DNA of 24,273 bases from a virus (taxonomy: Duplodnaviria > Caudoviricetes), in IMG/VR virus record IMGVR_UViG_3300003793_000004, positions 1 through 24,273 of that record; one strand, given 5' to 3'. Of this stretch, positions 7,326-16,494 are shown one piece after another. The position numbers and the translations under genes were made by a program. The notes beneath the pieces are model-generated. The model worked only from the letters and a program-made list of their open reading frames with translations. It did no database searches and was not told the DNA's origin. Each line of letters opens with the position of its first letter. Position 1 is the stretch's first letter.

Positions 7326-9272
7326 ATGAAAAAAGGGTTATTTGTTTTGATGGCTTTATGCCTAAGTTTTTATGGTAAATCGCAGATTGCTATTTCTGCT
7401 TTACCAACTTATACCGGCAGTGTTAATGGGGGCTATGTACCTATTGTAATTGGAGGTGTTACTAAAAAAGTAGATGGTAGTAAACTAGGTCAGGTTACTG
7501 ATTCTTTAAGAATACCATATTTAAGTAAAAATAATGTTTTTACAGGAGTAAATACTTTTCCGGCAATAGTTTTAGCAAGCGGTGGTAGTGATACAGTTGC
7601 AACTAAATCGTACGCTAGAAGTATAACAGAAGGTAAATTAATAGATAGTACTAGGATACCATACCTTACAAAAAACAACGCTTTTACGGGTAATAATACA
7701 TTTCCCAATATAAACGTAAGTAACAATAACGATGCAAGTGGGTTATCAATAAATGGAGATATTACTACAATAGGAGATATTAACAATAATGATGCAGGAA
7801 CTACCCTATCAATAGACGGGCATTATAATACATTGACAATAAATGGTCTTTGGGGGTTTACTAGCGGGCAATCAGTATCATCAATATCTACCGATACCGC
7901 AATGACAAGTAATTCAAATGCAATATTACCTACTCAAAAAGCAGTAAAGTCGTATGTTTTGAATCATCAGGGAAGTGGTGGCGGAAGTGGTTACCAAACT
8001 ACTGCGAATTTGTCTAATGACGGCACAATGGCTGCAAATTCAGTAACTTTGTATCCTTCCCAGCAAGCTACCAAAACCTATGCAGATGGGTTAGTAGTAG
8101 GTTTATTAAATGATAGAGGTAATTATAATGCTAGTGGCAATGTTTACCCGTCAACTGGCGGAAGTGGTACGTCAGGCGCAATTAAAAAGGGGGATTTATG
8201 GTATATAAGTACAGCAGGTACTTTAGGGGGCGTATCGGTAGTTGTAGGTTCTTCTATTAGAGCTTTAACAGATGCGCCGGGGCAAACTTCAGCTAATTGG
8301 AATGTATTGAATGTTGGATTAGGATATACGCCCGAAAATTCAGCTAATAAATCAAATTTATTAGCAAGTGATAGTTCTAGCACAGTTAAATATCCAACAG
8401 TTCAATCAGTAGGAAGATATGCACAAGCGTTAAGTAATTTATCGAATAATCTAACTACTGATAGTGCATCCACGACAAAGTACCCTAGTGTACAAGCTAT
8501 TACAAGATTTGTAAAAGCGAATAGTGGAGTAATTCCTTTAGTCTCTTACCAATTATCTGTTACAGGTACTAATTATTCAAATTCTAATCTAATCCCTACA
8601 AATTTTACTCAGATATACGGTAGTGGTAATTCAGTAAAATTGCCTAATAACCCACCAAGTGGTACACAGATATATATAGCTTCTGCGATAGATTGTAATA
8701 TATATTCTTTTGATAATTCAACTAATATTATTTATGGGACGTATCAAAGTCAACAATCATTAAAAAGTGGCAATTATTATCTTTTTACTTTTATAGATAA
8801 TGATTTTGGTTGGAAAATGCAACTTATTGATGATAATACAATTCAATTAAACGCAAATTTATCGAATAATATAATAGCAGATAGTGCGAGTACTACCAAA
8901 TATCCTAGTGTAAATGCAGTAAAGAATTATGTCCAAGCAAATTCTTCGTCATTACCATATACAGAGTATGCTTGTTTAATAACGCAAGTTAGTACGTCAG
9001 CCCCCGTATTAACAGTATTGAATAATAATACAGGCGGCACTTTTACAGCAACAAGGCTATCTTCTGGCTTATACAGTATAACATTTAGCGGTATATCCAC
9101 TAGCACATCTAAAATGTTACCGATTATATCTTGCAATAATGCGTCAGGATTAATTGTGAGTGCATATAGTTATACATCAACAATAGTTCGTATTAAGTCT
9201 TTAAATTTAAGCGGAATTCCTTCAGACGACACGTTAACCAATACTCCTTTTTTCTTGCGCATTTACCCTTAA
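7326..9272 (+). CDS. tail-fibre-like repeat protein with N-terminal signal peptide (648 aa)
   Basis: MKK + hydrophobic core + KSQ; ISALP...GVTKKV fibre N-terminal motif; Ser/Thr/Asn/Gly-rich; YP(S/T)..AV..YV repeats; LGYTP; C-terminal beta domain ending LRIYP. Confidence 0.75.
   Translation: MKKGLFVLMALCLSFYGKSQIAISALPTYTGSVNGGYVPIVIGGVTKKVDGSKLGQVTDSLRIPYLSKNNVFTGVNTFPAIVLASGGSDTVATKSYARSITEGKLIDSTRIPYLTKNNAFTGNNTFPNINVSNNNDASGLSINGDITTIGDINNNDAGTTLSIDGHYNTLTINGLWGFTSGQSVSSISTDTAMTSNSNAILPTQKAVKSYVLNHQGSGGGSGYQTTANLSNDGTMAANSVTLYPSQQATKTYADGLVVGLLNDRGNYNASGNVYPSTGGSGTSGAIKKGDLWYISTAGTLGGVSVVVGSSIRALTDAPGQTSANWNVLNVGLGYTPENSANKSNLLASDSSSTVKYPTVQSVGRYAQALSNLSNNLTTDSASTTKYPSVQAITRFVKANSGVIPLVSYQLSVTGTNYSNSNLIPTNFTQIYGSGNSVKLPNNPPSGTQIYIASAIDCNIYSFDNSTNIIYGTYQSQQSLKSGNYYLFTFIDNDFGWKMQLIDDNTIQLNANLSNNIIADSASTTKYPSVNAVKNYVQANSSSLPYTEYACLITQVSTSAPVLTVLNNNTGGTFTATRLSSGLYSITFSGISTSTSKMLPIISCNNASGLIVSAYSYTSTIVRIKSLNLSGIPSDDTLTNTPFFLRIYP
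7500..7706 (+). repeat. 21-aa intragenic repeat x2
   Basis: DSLRIPYLSKNNVFTGVNTFP (7500-7562) and DSTRIPYLTKNNAFTGNNTFP (7644-7706), 144 bp apart. Confidence 0.9.
7884..8933 (+). repeat. five copies of a ~25-aa fibre shaft motif
   Basis: ISTDTAMTSNSNAILPTQKAVKSYV; LSNDGTMAANSVTLYPSQQATKTYA; KSNLLASDSSSTVKYPTVQSVGRYA; LSNNLTTDSASTTKYPSVQAITRFV; LSNNIIADSASTTKYPSVNAVKNYV. Confidence 0.85.
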
Positions 9273-9284
9273 TAAATAAAAACA

Positions 9285-9620
9285 ATGAGTTCACCACTAT
9301 TTATACCACTACAAGGAGGGCAAATAAACCTGATAGAAGGACAAAAAGTCTTGTCTAGTCTGTTAGGTCATATCGGTTATGAAGTAAGGGGTAGTGAGGT
9401 TGTATTCAACACAGATATTACGATTGATGGCATTAATACAGTCAATATGCGATTGGTAATTTCTGATATTGGTCAATATGGCGAGTACGATACATTACCG
9501 ATAAGCTCAGATATGGAAATGCAGGTGGTTGAGGATTTGATTAAGCAGTTTGCGCCTTCACCGGAAGCGGACAAAGCGAGCGATAATTTTTCTAACGGGC
9601 AAAAACAAGGAGGTAACTAA
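9285..9620 (+). CDS. C-terminal half of a putative tail ring protein (111 aa)
   Basis: FIPL...GYEVRGSEVVF...VNMRLV...DTLPISSDMEMQVVEDLIK: beta strands plus LP-helix typical of ring-protein C-termini. Confidence 0.6.
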   Translation: MSSPLFIPLQGGQINLIEGQKVLSSLLGHIGYEVRGSEVVFNTDITIDGINTVNMRLVISDIGQYGEYDTLPISSDMEMQVVEDLIKQFAPSPEADKASDNFSNGQKQGGN

Positions 9621-10390
9621 TGACATATACAACCCTTGACAGTATTGTAAGAAAGTTTCTGATAGACAATGGTTATCCGATTCATTGGTATATGCAGACG
9701 TTGTCTAATTCCGTTGAGATTTTGCGTGAGTTGAATTTCGATGTGCTTAAAAACGTGAACACCACCACACTTACAATCAATAGCTATCACGCCGCAGACT
9801 TACCCGATGATTATGTAGACTTCACAAAAGTTGGCGTTATGGTTGGACAGTTTGTTCGTCCGTTGGTTCAGAGGGAAAGCATCAACCGGATGCGTAATGT
9901 AGTTAATAACGAGTATGTAGATTTTCCTAGCGGCAACAGCGGTGAAGGGGTTTATTACCCTAACGGCAGTCCGGGCTTTGGCTTTTATTGGGGAACGAAT
10001 ATTTGGGATACTTGGGGCGAAAATACAGGTAGGCAGTATGGTATAGGTGCAGGCGACCAAACAGATACTTACAAAGTAATACCCGAAAGAAATCAGATAC
10101 AATTCAATCAAAACTTCAAAGTTGGTTCGCAGGTCGTATTGGAGTATATCAGTGATGGAACGAGTTGCGATACGGCCACTATGGTCGACCCGTATGCACA
10201 GGCTTGTATCAAGGCTTATTGCTTATGGAAAATGGCAGAACAGAACAGAACTAAATCACTAGTCGAAAGACAGATGCTTAAAAGCGAGTACGACTTACAA
10301 TACAGGCGTTTAAGAGCAAGAAAAAGCGGTTTGACTGTTGATGATATTAAACGAATTTTTGAAAAATCTTACACTTCATCACCTAAGTAA
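9620..10390 (+). CDS. putative tail tubular/ring protein (256 aa)
   Basis: YTTLDSIV, LRELNFD, LPDDYVDFTKVG, VVLEYISDG, AQACIKAY; immediately upstream of the muzzle-like gene. Confidence 0.75.
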   Translation: MTYTTLDSIVRKFLIDNGYPIHWYMQTLSNSVEILRELNFDVLKNVNTTTLTINSYHAADLPDDYVDFTKVGVMVGQFVRPLVQRESINRMRNVVNNEYVDFPSGNSGEGVYYPNGSPGFGFYWGTNIWDTWGENTGRQYGIGAGDQTDTYKVIPERNQIQFNQNFKVGSQVVLEYISDGTSCDTATMVDPYAQACIKAYCLWKMAEQNRTKSLVERQMLKSEYDLQYRRLRARKSGLTVDDIKRIFEKSYTSSPK

Positions 10391-13300
10391 TGATAAATCA
10401 GAAGAAGATATTTACGGGCGGAATGGACAGCGACACAGACCCACGATTCATAGGCGAACACGACTATCTGAATATGGAGAACTGCCGTGTTGGTGTAAGT
10501 GCGAACGGTAAAACTACCCGTATTGAAAATATGCCTGGAACCATACAGATTACAAATACCAATCTGCCCACAACAGGAAGTAACACCTGCATTGGAACGG
10601 CAGTTGATGAAGAAAGAAGAAGGTTAGTATATTTTATCTATAACAGTGCAGGCTACAACCGTATTTTCTTGTACGACACGATTGCCGCCACGGTTTCGGT
10701 CTTGTTGAAAGAAAGCGATGTAACAGGGGGTTTAGGCTTTCAGCTATCTAATTGTATCGACAGAAATGCAAAAATTATTGACAATCTTCTTTATTGGACT
10801 GATAATGCAGGTGATGTTTGGAGTATTAATATACAGGCGGCGTTAAATATGCAAGCAGGTACAGGTACACCAATTTATTCTTCGCCTATTAATGCTGACC
10901 TATTAAAGGTAATTAAAAAAGCCCCAGCATACCCACCTGCAATACTAAAGTCATACGATAGCGGCTTTGTAGGCAATTTTATTTACAACGAAGGGTTTAA
11001 GTTTTGTTGGAGGTTTACATATATAGATAACGAAGTATCGGTACTAAGCCCTTACAGTTTGTTGGCACCAATGAACAGCGCAAATGACAACTTCAATAAT
11101 ATCGCTGTAACACTGCCTACTACTCAAACGATATGGCAGACAGTTCAGACAGTTGATTTGGTTGTTATTTACTCTAGCAGTAATGTTTACTACATTATTA
11201 AGACTTGGGATAAAGCTATTGCTGCTGATGCTACGGCTATTGCCAATCATAATAGCGGAACACCATTAACTTATGCTTTCTATAACAATCAGATAGGTGA
11301 GGCTTTAGATAGTGCATACGCATCGAAATACTTCGAAGTAATACCAAACAATGCTAAGACATTAGAACTAGCTAGAAACAGGGCTTTTTTAGGCAATGGC
11401 ACTTATGGGTATAATACGCCGAAGCAAACATCGTTAAGTTTAAGTTTAAGTAATGTAAGCCTAGTTAACCTATCAAGTGTTCCTGTAACAAGAATACATA
11501 CTGCTGTTAAAAATGCTGGTGGTACACAATACACGATATTTTTTGATGTTTTACATATTGTAAACGATACTGTTGGGGGGATGCCTACCGGATATTATGC
11601 TTTTACATATCAATCGCATAATTGGGCTTATATTATTTCAGAAACCTCTGGATTAGATAGTAGAGGTGTGCCTATTGTTGGAGACCAGAATTTTATAGAT
11701 TTTGTTTATGCCGGATCAGACATTCAGAGTATTCCGGGTACTTACTTGCAGATTTATACAGATAGTACATGGTATGTTGATACAACTTATTCTATCACAA
11801 CTAATGATAAAACCCCTATTACATTACAAGGCGTCCCTGCTTTTTATAATAACAAAACATTATTTGCACATAACGAATCAACTTATGACGCATCTGTAAC
11901 CTTTTATGATAAATATCAAAGAAAATGCGGGAATAGCCCAATAAAAAGCATATATGTGCCTGATGCAATATATAGTTATCCGTTTACTAATTTGTATGCG
12001 CAAGTTAATTGGTCATTAAGTAATACAAATGCTTTATCTGAGATACCGAATTGGGCATACTATTACTCTGTTAATGTATCTAAAAACCTAACTAAATCAT
12101 TCTTTTTTCAAGGGTATTCTAGGAGGCAAGTATTTTATTCAGTAGATGCAACAACTGGTGCTTATGTTTTTAATACTACTGATATAAAAGGCGTTACCTA
12201 TGGGACAGACAAAAAAGGAATTGCTTTTGATATATCTGATATGATTAGCTTTGGTATAGGATATACTTTTAATGAAGGTGATTTATTAAAATACGGGACG
12301 TCTTATACTGGCAGTATCACTTCTTGGAGTGGAGATAACCCTCTTAGGGTTGTGGGGCAAAGCGGTAATTGGGTTTTATGTGAATTAAGAAATATCTATT
12401 TAGGTACAACTGGCTCTCCTGTCACCTATGACCTTAAAATGTTTGAGATTTATACTCCTTATAAGGCAAGTGCGAATGAACCTATTTACGAAGAAGCTAA
12501 TATTTACCCTATAACAAATGCAGACACAGATACTAGGGTATATAGCACATTATCCGGCAAATTACAGGGGGATACATACATTATAAATAGGATTGGTAAT
12601 ATATCAACTGCCATTTCGACTGGATTAACATATTTTGCTTTTCAATTCCCTTTTAAAGCAATGTCACCCGTAGATTCTTATTGGCAACATTGGTACACAG
12701 ATGCAGGTCGTTCAAATTACATTGATAAAATTGGTCAAAAATATTTACCAAACCGAATATCCTTCTCTAATACTTATCTAGCAGGAACGCTTACAAACGG
12801 GCTTTCTTCTTTTGATGCTTTGAATGTGGCAGATACCTATATCGAAGATGGCGCAATACAAAAGTTGCAACTAGCAAATAAGCAGAAGCAGGAGGATGGT
12901 GCCGTATTACTAGCGATATGTTTAGGGGGTACTATCAGTATTTACCTTGGCGAAACACAACTTGTCAGCCAAACGGGTAATGCCTTCTTAGGTCAATCAA
13001 ACGGTGTGATAGGTACAATGAACGACTTGAAAGGAAGTTTCGGTACAGAAAACCCTGAAAGCGTGTTCACATACCTTGGTGAAGTCTATTGGGTAGATAA
13101 CTACAATGGGGTGATGGTTCAGTATAGCACTAACGGTTTATTCCCCATTAGTAGCTATAAAATGGCATCATATTTCTTAAAGGCTTTAAAAGAGTATTTG
13201 AATACCGGAACCCGAATAGCCGCAGCGTTTGATCCAACTAATAAAGAAGCATTATTTGTTATGCCTGCAATAGATGATGTAAGCATAAATTTACCTAGTT

Positions 13301-13914
13301 ATTCAGGCGATGTTCCAGATGGGGCGACAACTATACAAAATAGGTTTAGTCCTTTTGATGGAAATAATAAAACGTTAGCGTTCAGACCTGCTGAAAATAA
13401 ATGGAGTAGCGCTTATGAGTTTGCGCCGGAATGGATGGAATCAGTTGATGTTACACTATACGGTTTCCAAAACGGGCAACTATGGAAACACAATGCCGAT
13501 ACAAGCAATTACAACAAGTTCTATGGTGTTAACAAGGCTCAGAGAATAATGTTCGCTGTAAACGATAATCCGTTTGATATAAAGGATATGCTTACAATAG
13601 CAATAGAGGGTAAGCAATCACCTTCTTACGCATTTATATACACGACATATCCTAACGAACAAATAACCGATTTGATTGGCTCGGATTTCGTTTTAAAAGA
13701 AGGCATTTACTACGCAAGTATTCTTCGTGATAGGTTAAGCCCTAATGCCGGTAGCAGTAACCCCGATGTATGTTTATTGCAAGGAGACCCAATTAAATCT
13801 GCAACACCGTTCATTTGGGTTGAATTTCAAGTATTTGATAAAATGCTAGAAGTAAACTTTGTAGATGCAGGATATGCTGTAAGTAGAGGACACAATACTA
13901 TTTTAAAAAAGTAA
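10390..13914 (+). CDS. tail muzzle / DNA stabilisation protein (P22 gp10-, T7 gp12-, crAss muzzle-like beta-propeller; 1174 aa)
   Basis: N-terminal FTGGMDSDTDPR....YLNMENCRV, LLYWTD, ENPESV...VYWVD, W..AYEFAPEWM..LY.F.NGQLWKHN, KEGIYYA. Confidence 0.8.
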   Translation: MINQKKIFTGGMDSDTDPRFIGEHDYLNMENCRVGVSANGKTTRIENMPGTIQITNTNLPTTGSNTCIGTAVDEERRRLVYFIYNSAGYNRIFLYDTIAATVSVLLKESDVTGGLGFQLSNCIDRNAKIIDNLLYWTDNAGDVWSINIQAALNMQAGTGTPIYSSPINADLLKVIKKAPAYPPAILKSYDSGFVGNFIYNEGFKFCWRFTYIDNEVSVLSPYSLLAPMNSANDNFNNIAVTLPTTQTIWQTVQTVDLVVIYSSSNVYYIIKTWDKAIAADATAIANHNSGTPLTYAFYNNQIGEALDSAYASKYFEVIPNNAKTLELARNRAFLGNGTYGYNTPKQTSLSLSLSNVSLVNLSSVPVTRIHTAVKNAGGTQYTIFFDVLHIVNDTVGGMPTGYYAFTYQSHNWAYIISETSGLDSRGVPIVGDQNFIDFVYAGSDIQSIPGTYLQIYTDSTWYVDTTYSITTNDKTPITLQGVPAFYNNKTLFAHNESTYDASVTFYDKYQRKCGNSPIKSIYVPDAIYSYPFTNLYAQVNWSLSNTNALSEIPNWAYYYSVNVSKNLTKSFFFQGYSRRQVFYSVDATTGAYVFNTTDIKGVTYGTDKKGIAFDISDMISFGIGYTFNEGDLLKYGTSYTGSITSWSGDNPLRVVGQSGNWVLCELRNIYLGTTGSPVTYDLKMFEIYTPYKASANEPIYEEANIYPITNADTDTRVYSTLSGKLQGDTYIINRIGNISTAISTGLTYFAFQFPFKAMSPVDSYWQHWYTDAGRSNYIDKIGQKYLPNRISFSNTYLAGTLTNGLSSFDALNVADTYIEDGAIQKLQLANKQKQEDGAVLLAICLGGTISIYLGETQLVSQTGNAFLGQSNGVIGTMNDLKGSFGTENPESVFTYLGEVYWVDNYNGVMVQYSTNGLFPISSYKMASYFLKALKEYLNTGTRIAAAFDPTNKEALFVMPAIDDVSINLPSYSGDVPDGATTIQNRFSPFDGNNKTLAFRPAENKWSSAYEFAPEWMESVDVTLYGFQNGQLWKHNADTSNYNKFYGVNKAQRIMFAVNDNPFDIKDMLTIAIEGKQSPSYAFIYTTYPNEQITDLIGSDFVLKEGIYYASILRDRLSPNAGSSNPDVCLLQGDPIKSATPFIWVEFQVFDKMLEVNFVDAGYAVSRGHNTILKK

Positions 13915-13924
13915 AACATAGGTT

Positions 13925-14590
13925 ATGGCAGGAATAGGCGGATTATTAGGAGGTGTTGCAGGATTTGCACTAGGCGGACCGCTTGGGGCATCACTTGGCG
14001 CAGGGTTAGGTAGCGGGATTGAACAAATTTCCGATTCTAATAAAATAAACCCACAGTATCACCCTTATCAGATTAGCGATTACGCAAAACAACGTTTAGG
14101 ATTAGCGCAGCAGTTATACAATGGTCGTATGGCAGGTGCAGCTAATCAAGAACAAAATATTGCCAACAACCAGGCTAATACAATGGCACAGGCTGCTAGA
14201 GGTGCTAGTAATGGTGCGCAGTTGCTTTCATTAGGCGGTGCAGCACAAGGTCAATCAAATAAGGCTTATGCTGATTTAGGTGTTCAAGAAGCTCAGAATA
14301 AAATGCAACAAGCTCAGAACCTTAATGGTGCCTTAGATAATATGTCGCAAGAGGAGTATAAGGTATATCAAGACCAACTCAATCAATATCAACTACAGCA
14401 ACAACAAAAAGCAGGATTGACCAGCGCAGGTTTAACCAATGGCATCAACGCTTTACAAGGGCTTTATAGTGCGAATAAAATGGGTGATTTTAGGGGAAGT
14501 ACACTTGGCGGATTACTTGGCGGTGGAAAATATAGAAAAGCAATTGCTTATGATGGAGGACAAGACCCTACATATACAGGTGATTATTAA
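13925..14590 (+). CDS. putative ejected (DNA transfer/pilot) protein (221 aa)
   Basis: Gly-zipper hydrophobic N-terminus GIGGLLGGVAGFALGGPLGASLGAGLG, Gln/Ala-rich coiled coil; first gene after the muzzle, as in podoviruses. Confidence 0.7.
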   Translation: MAGIGGLLGGVAGFALGGPLGASLGAGLGSGIEQISDSNKINPQYHPYQISDYAKQRLGLAQQLYNGRMAGAANQEQNIANNQANTMAQAARGASNGAQLLSLGGAAQGQSNKAYADLGVQEAQNKMQQAQNLNGALDNMSQEEYKVYQDQLNQYQLQQQQKAGLTSAGLTNGINALQGLYSANKMGDFRGSTLGGLLGGGKYRKAIAYDGGQDPTYTGDY

Positions 14591-14604
14591 AAACTTAATT
14601 AATT

Positions 14605-16494
14605 ATGGCAGCTTTCGGTAGTAATAATGCGGATATGGCGGTTGTGCTTCCTAGTTATGGGATGTCACCCGCACAGGCGGATATGTTTCAGGCGCAAATG
14701 GCAGCAAAACAGCCAAAAGTAAAGCCGTATCAAACACCTGCTATACCATTAACGCCTAATAAGTACAATGATAATACCGTTCAAAATATCTATAATGATT
14801 ACCTAGCTAAAAAAGCAAAGGAGTATCAAGATTGGGCTGTAACCAACAGGGCATCTGAGGCAGATTTGAAGAACCATATTTTGGCAGATAATGATTTTAA
14901 AGACAGAGTTTCAAATTTCGATAATTTAGATAAAATGTATTCTGCTTTACCTACTCAGTCTAAAGTATTGCAGCAAACTTATGGTACTGATAACAATCTA
15001 CCATTTTTGAATAAAGCTATTGAGAACTTTCATAACACATTTTTTGATAAAGATGCAACAGGTAAACCTATTGCACCTAAACCTTCATCTCAGGTAGACC
15101 CTACAACATTTAATCCATTTAATGGAACTGAGACAGACGATTTCCTTCAAAATAGCTTTAATAATAGAAATAAAGCAATTGATGCCCACTTAAAATCATT
15201 GCCAGCTTCAGACATTACAAAAGATTACGAGGTTAGGGATAAAGCTGGTAATGTAACAAAGAAAAATTTCAATGCTAAGACCAATGCGTTTATGAATGTG
15301 AATTATGATGAAAATGGCAGACCTATGGGATTAGCCGTTCCATCATCACAAGTTGAGTTGCCTAATGCGCAAGATGTAGCACCCGTTGATAATACTCAGT
15401 CAAATAGTCCTTTAAGCAGCAATTTCTTAGCAAATAATTTGCAGTATCAGCAAATACCTCAAAAGCAGACTTTACAAGTTGTGCCTCCTGAGTTACATCA
15501 AACTATTGCAACAGACCCTAAAATGAGATTTGATTTGCTTCAACTAGCTAAAGAAAAGCAAGCTGAACTGCAAAAGCAATATCCAACAGCAGACCCATCT
15601 TTATTGCATGCAAATGTTTTACATGATTACATTTCAGGTAATAATAAAATGGATGATAATGGCCAGATAACATCAAACGGATTGATGTCTACAATGTATA
15701 AGACAAATGATGCGCAAAAAGCACCAATTACTAAAAATAATTTCACTATTAATCTAGGGGAAGGCGGTAAAAATCCTCAACCTTTTGCTAGTCCTAATAG
15801 CCTGACTAATCTTTTGACACATCCTACTTATGCGGTAACGAATAAGGATAAAGAAGATCCTAACAACTCTTCAATACAACAGGCATTTAATCACTTCGCT
15901 GTAATGAATGCTGCTTCAAAAGATAAAGGCGAAGCACTAATCCCTGTACCATTAATTGTAAATACAAGGGATTTATCCCCTAAAACAAACAGTCTTATTT
16001 CTAAAAGTATAGATAAGTTTAACGACTTAACCATGCACGATAGAAAGCCAGAGGATAACGAGCTAATTGCCAAGGTTAAAAGTGGAGATACAAATGCAGC
16101 CGCAGATCTTTATGCGCAATTAATGACTAGGCACAACAAAGCAAATGGTATTGATGAAGTGTTTACTGCAAATGATGTGAAAGAAGCGGTACCTGTTCTT
16201 AGAACATTTAATGCACCTAAAACTGACGAGAAAGGTGAGATTATTTATGACCCTTCAACTAAAAAGCCTATTACAGTTCAGAAAACAGCATTCTTACTTC
16301 CAGGTTCTAATGAGTTTAGAAATGCTGCTCAGGATAGGATTAACGATGTTCAAAGCGAAAAGGATAATCAGTTGATGCACACTTTGAATGCTGATATTGT
16401 TAAGCCAAGGGTAGTTAAGCCAGTTTCAGCACCCGTACAAAAACAAGCATTAGCACAACCAAAAGTTACACTTAAAAAAGGAATACTAGACTAA
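14605..16494 (+). CDS. putative ejected internal virion protein (629 aa)
   Basis: Cys-free, Asn/Gln/Lys/Pro-rich; middle position in a small-medium-large gene trio. Confidence 0.6.
   Translation: MAAFGSNNADMAVVLPSYGMSPAQADMFQAQMAAKQPKVKPYQTPAIPLTPNKYNDNTVQNIYNDYLAKKAKEYQDWAVTNRASEADLKNHILADNDFKDRVSNFDNLDKMYSALPTQSKVLQQTYGTDNNLPFLNKAIENFHNTFFDKDATGKPIAPKPSSQVDPTTFNPFNGTETDDFLQNSFNNRNKAIDAHLKSLPASDITKDYEVRDKAGNVTKKNFNAKTNAFMNVNYDENGRPMGLAVPSSQVELPNAQDVAPVDNTQSNSPLSSNFLANNLQYQQIPQKQTLQVVPPELHQTIATDPKMRFDLLQLAKEKQAELQKQYPTADPSLLHANVLHDYISGNNKMDDNGQITSNGLMSTMYKTNDAQKAPITKNNFTINLGEGGKNPQPFASPNSLTNLLTHPTYAVTNKDKEDPNNSSIQQAFNHFAVMNAASKDKGEALIPVPLIVNTRDLSPKTNSLISKSIDKFNDLTMHDRKPEDNELIAKVKSGDTNAAADLYAQLMTRHNKANGIDEVFTANDVKEAVPVLRTFNAPKTDEKGEIIYDPSTKKPITVQKTAFLLPGSNEFRNAAQDRINDVQSEKDNQLMHTLNADIVKPRVVKPVSAPVQKQALAQPKVTLKKGILD

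Noticed and set aside
7326-7365. Lipoprotein signal at Cys12
   Set aside because: MALC is not a canonical lipobox and the hydrophobic core continues to a KS|Q SPI-type site.
7215-9284. Group I/II intron, intein or transposon as cause of the split gene
   Set aside because: No homing endonuclease, reverse transcriptase, transposase or intein motifs, no terminal inverted repeats and no non-coding space for a ribozyme.
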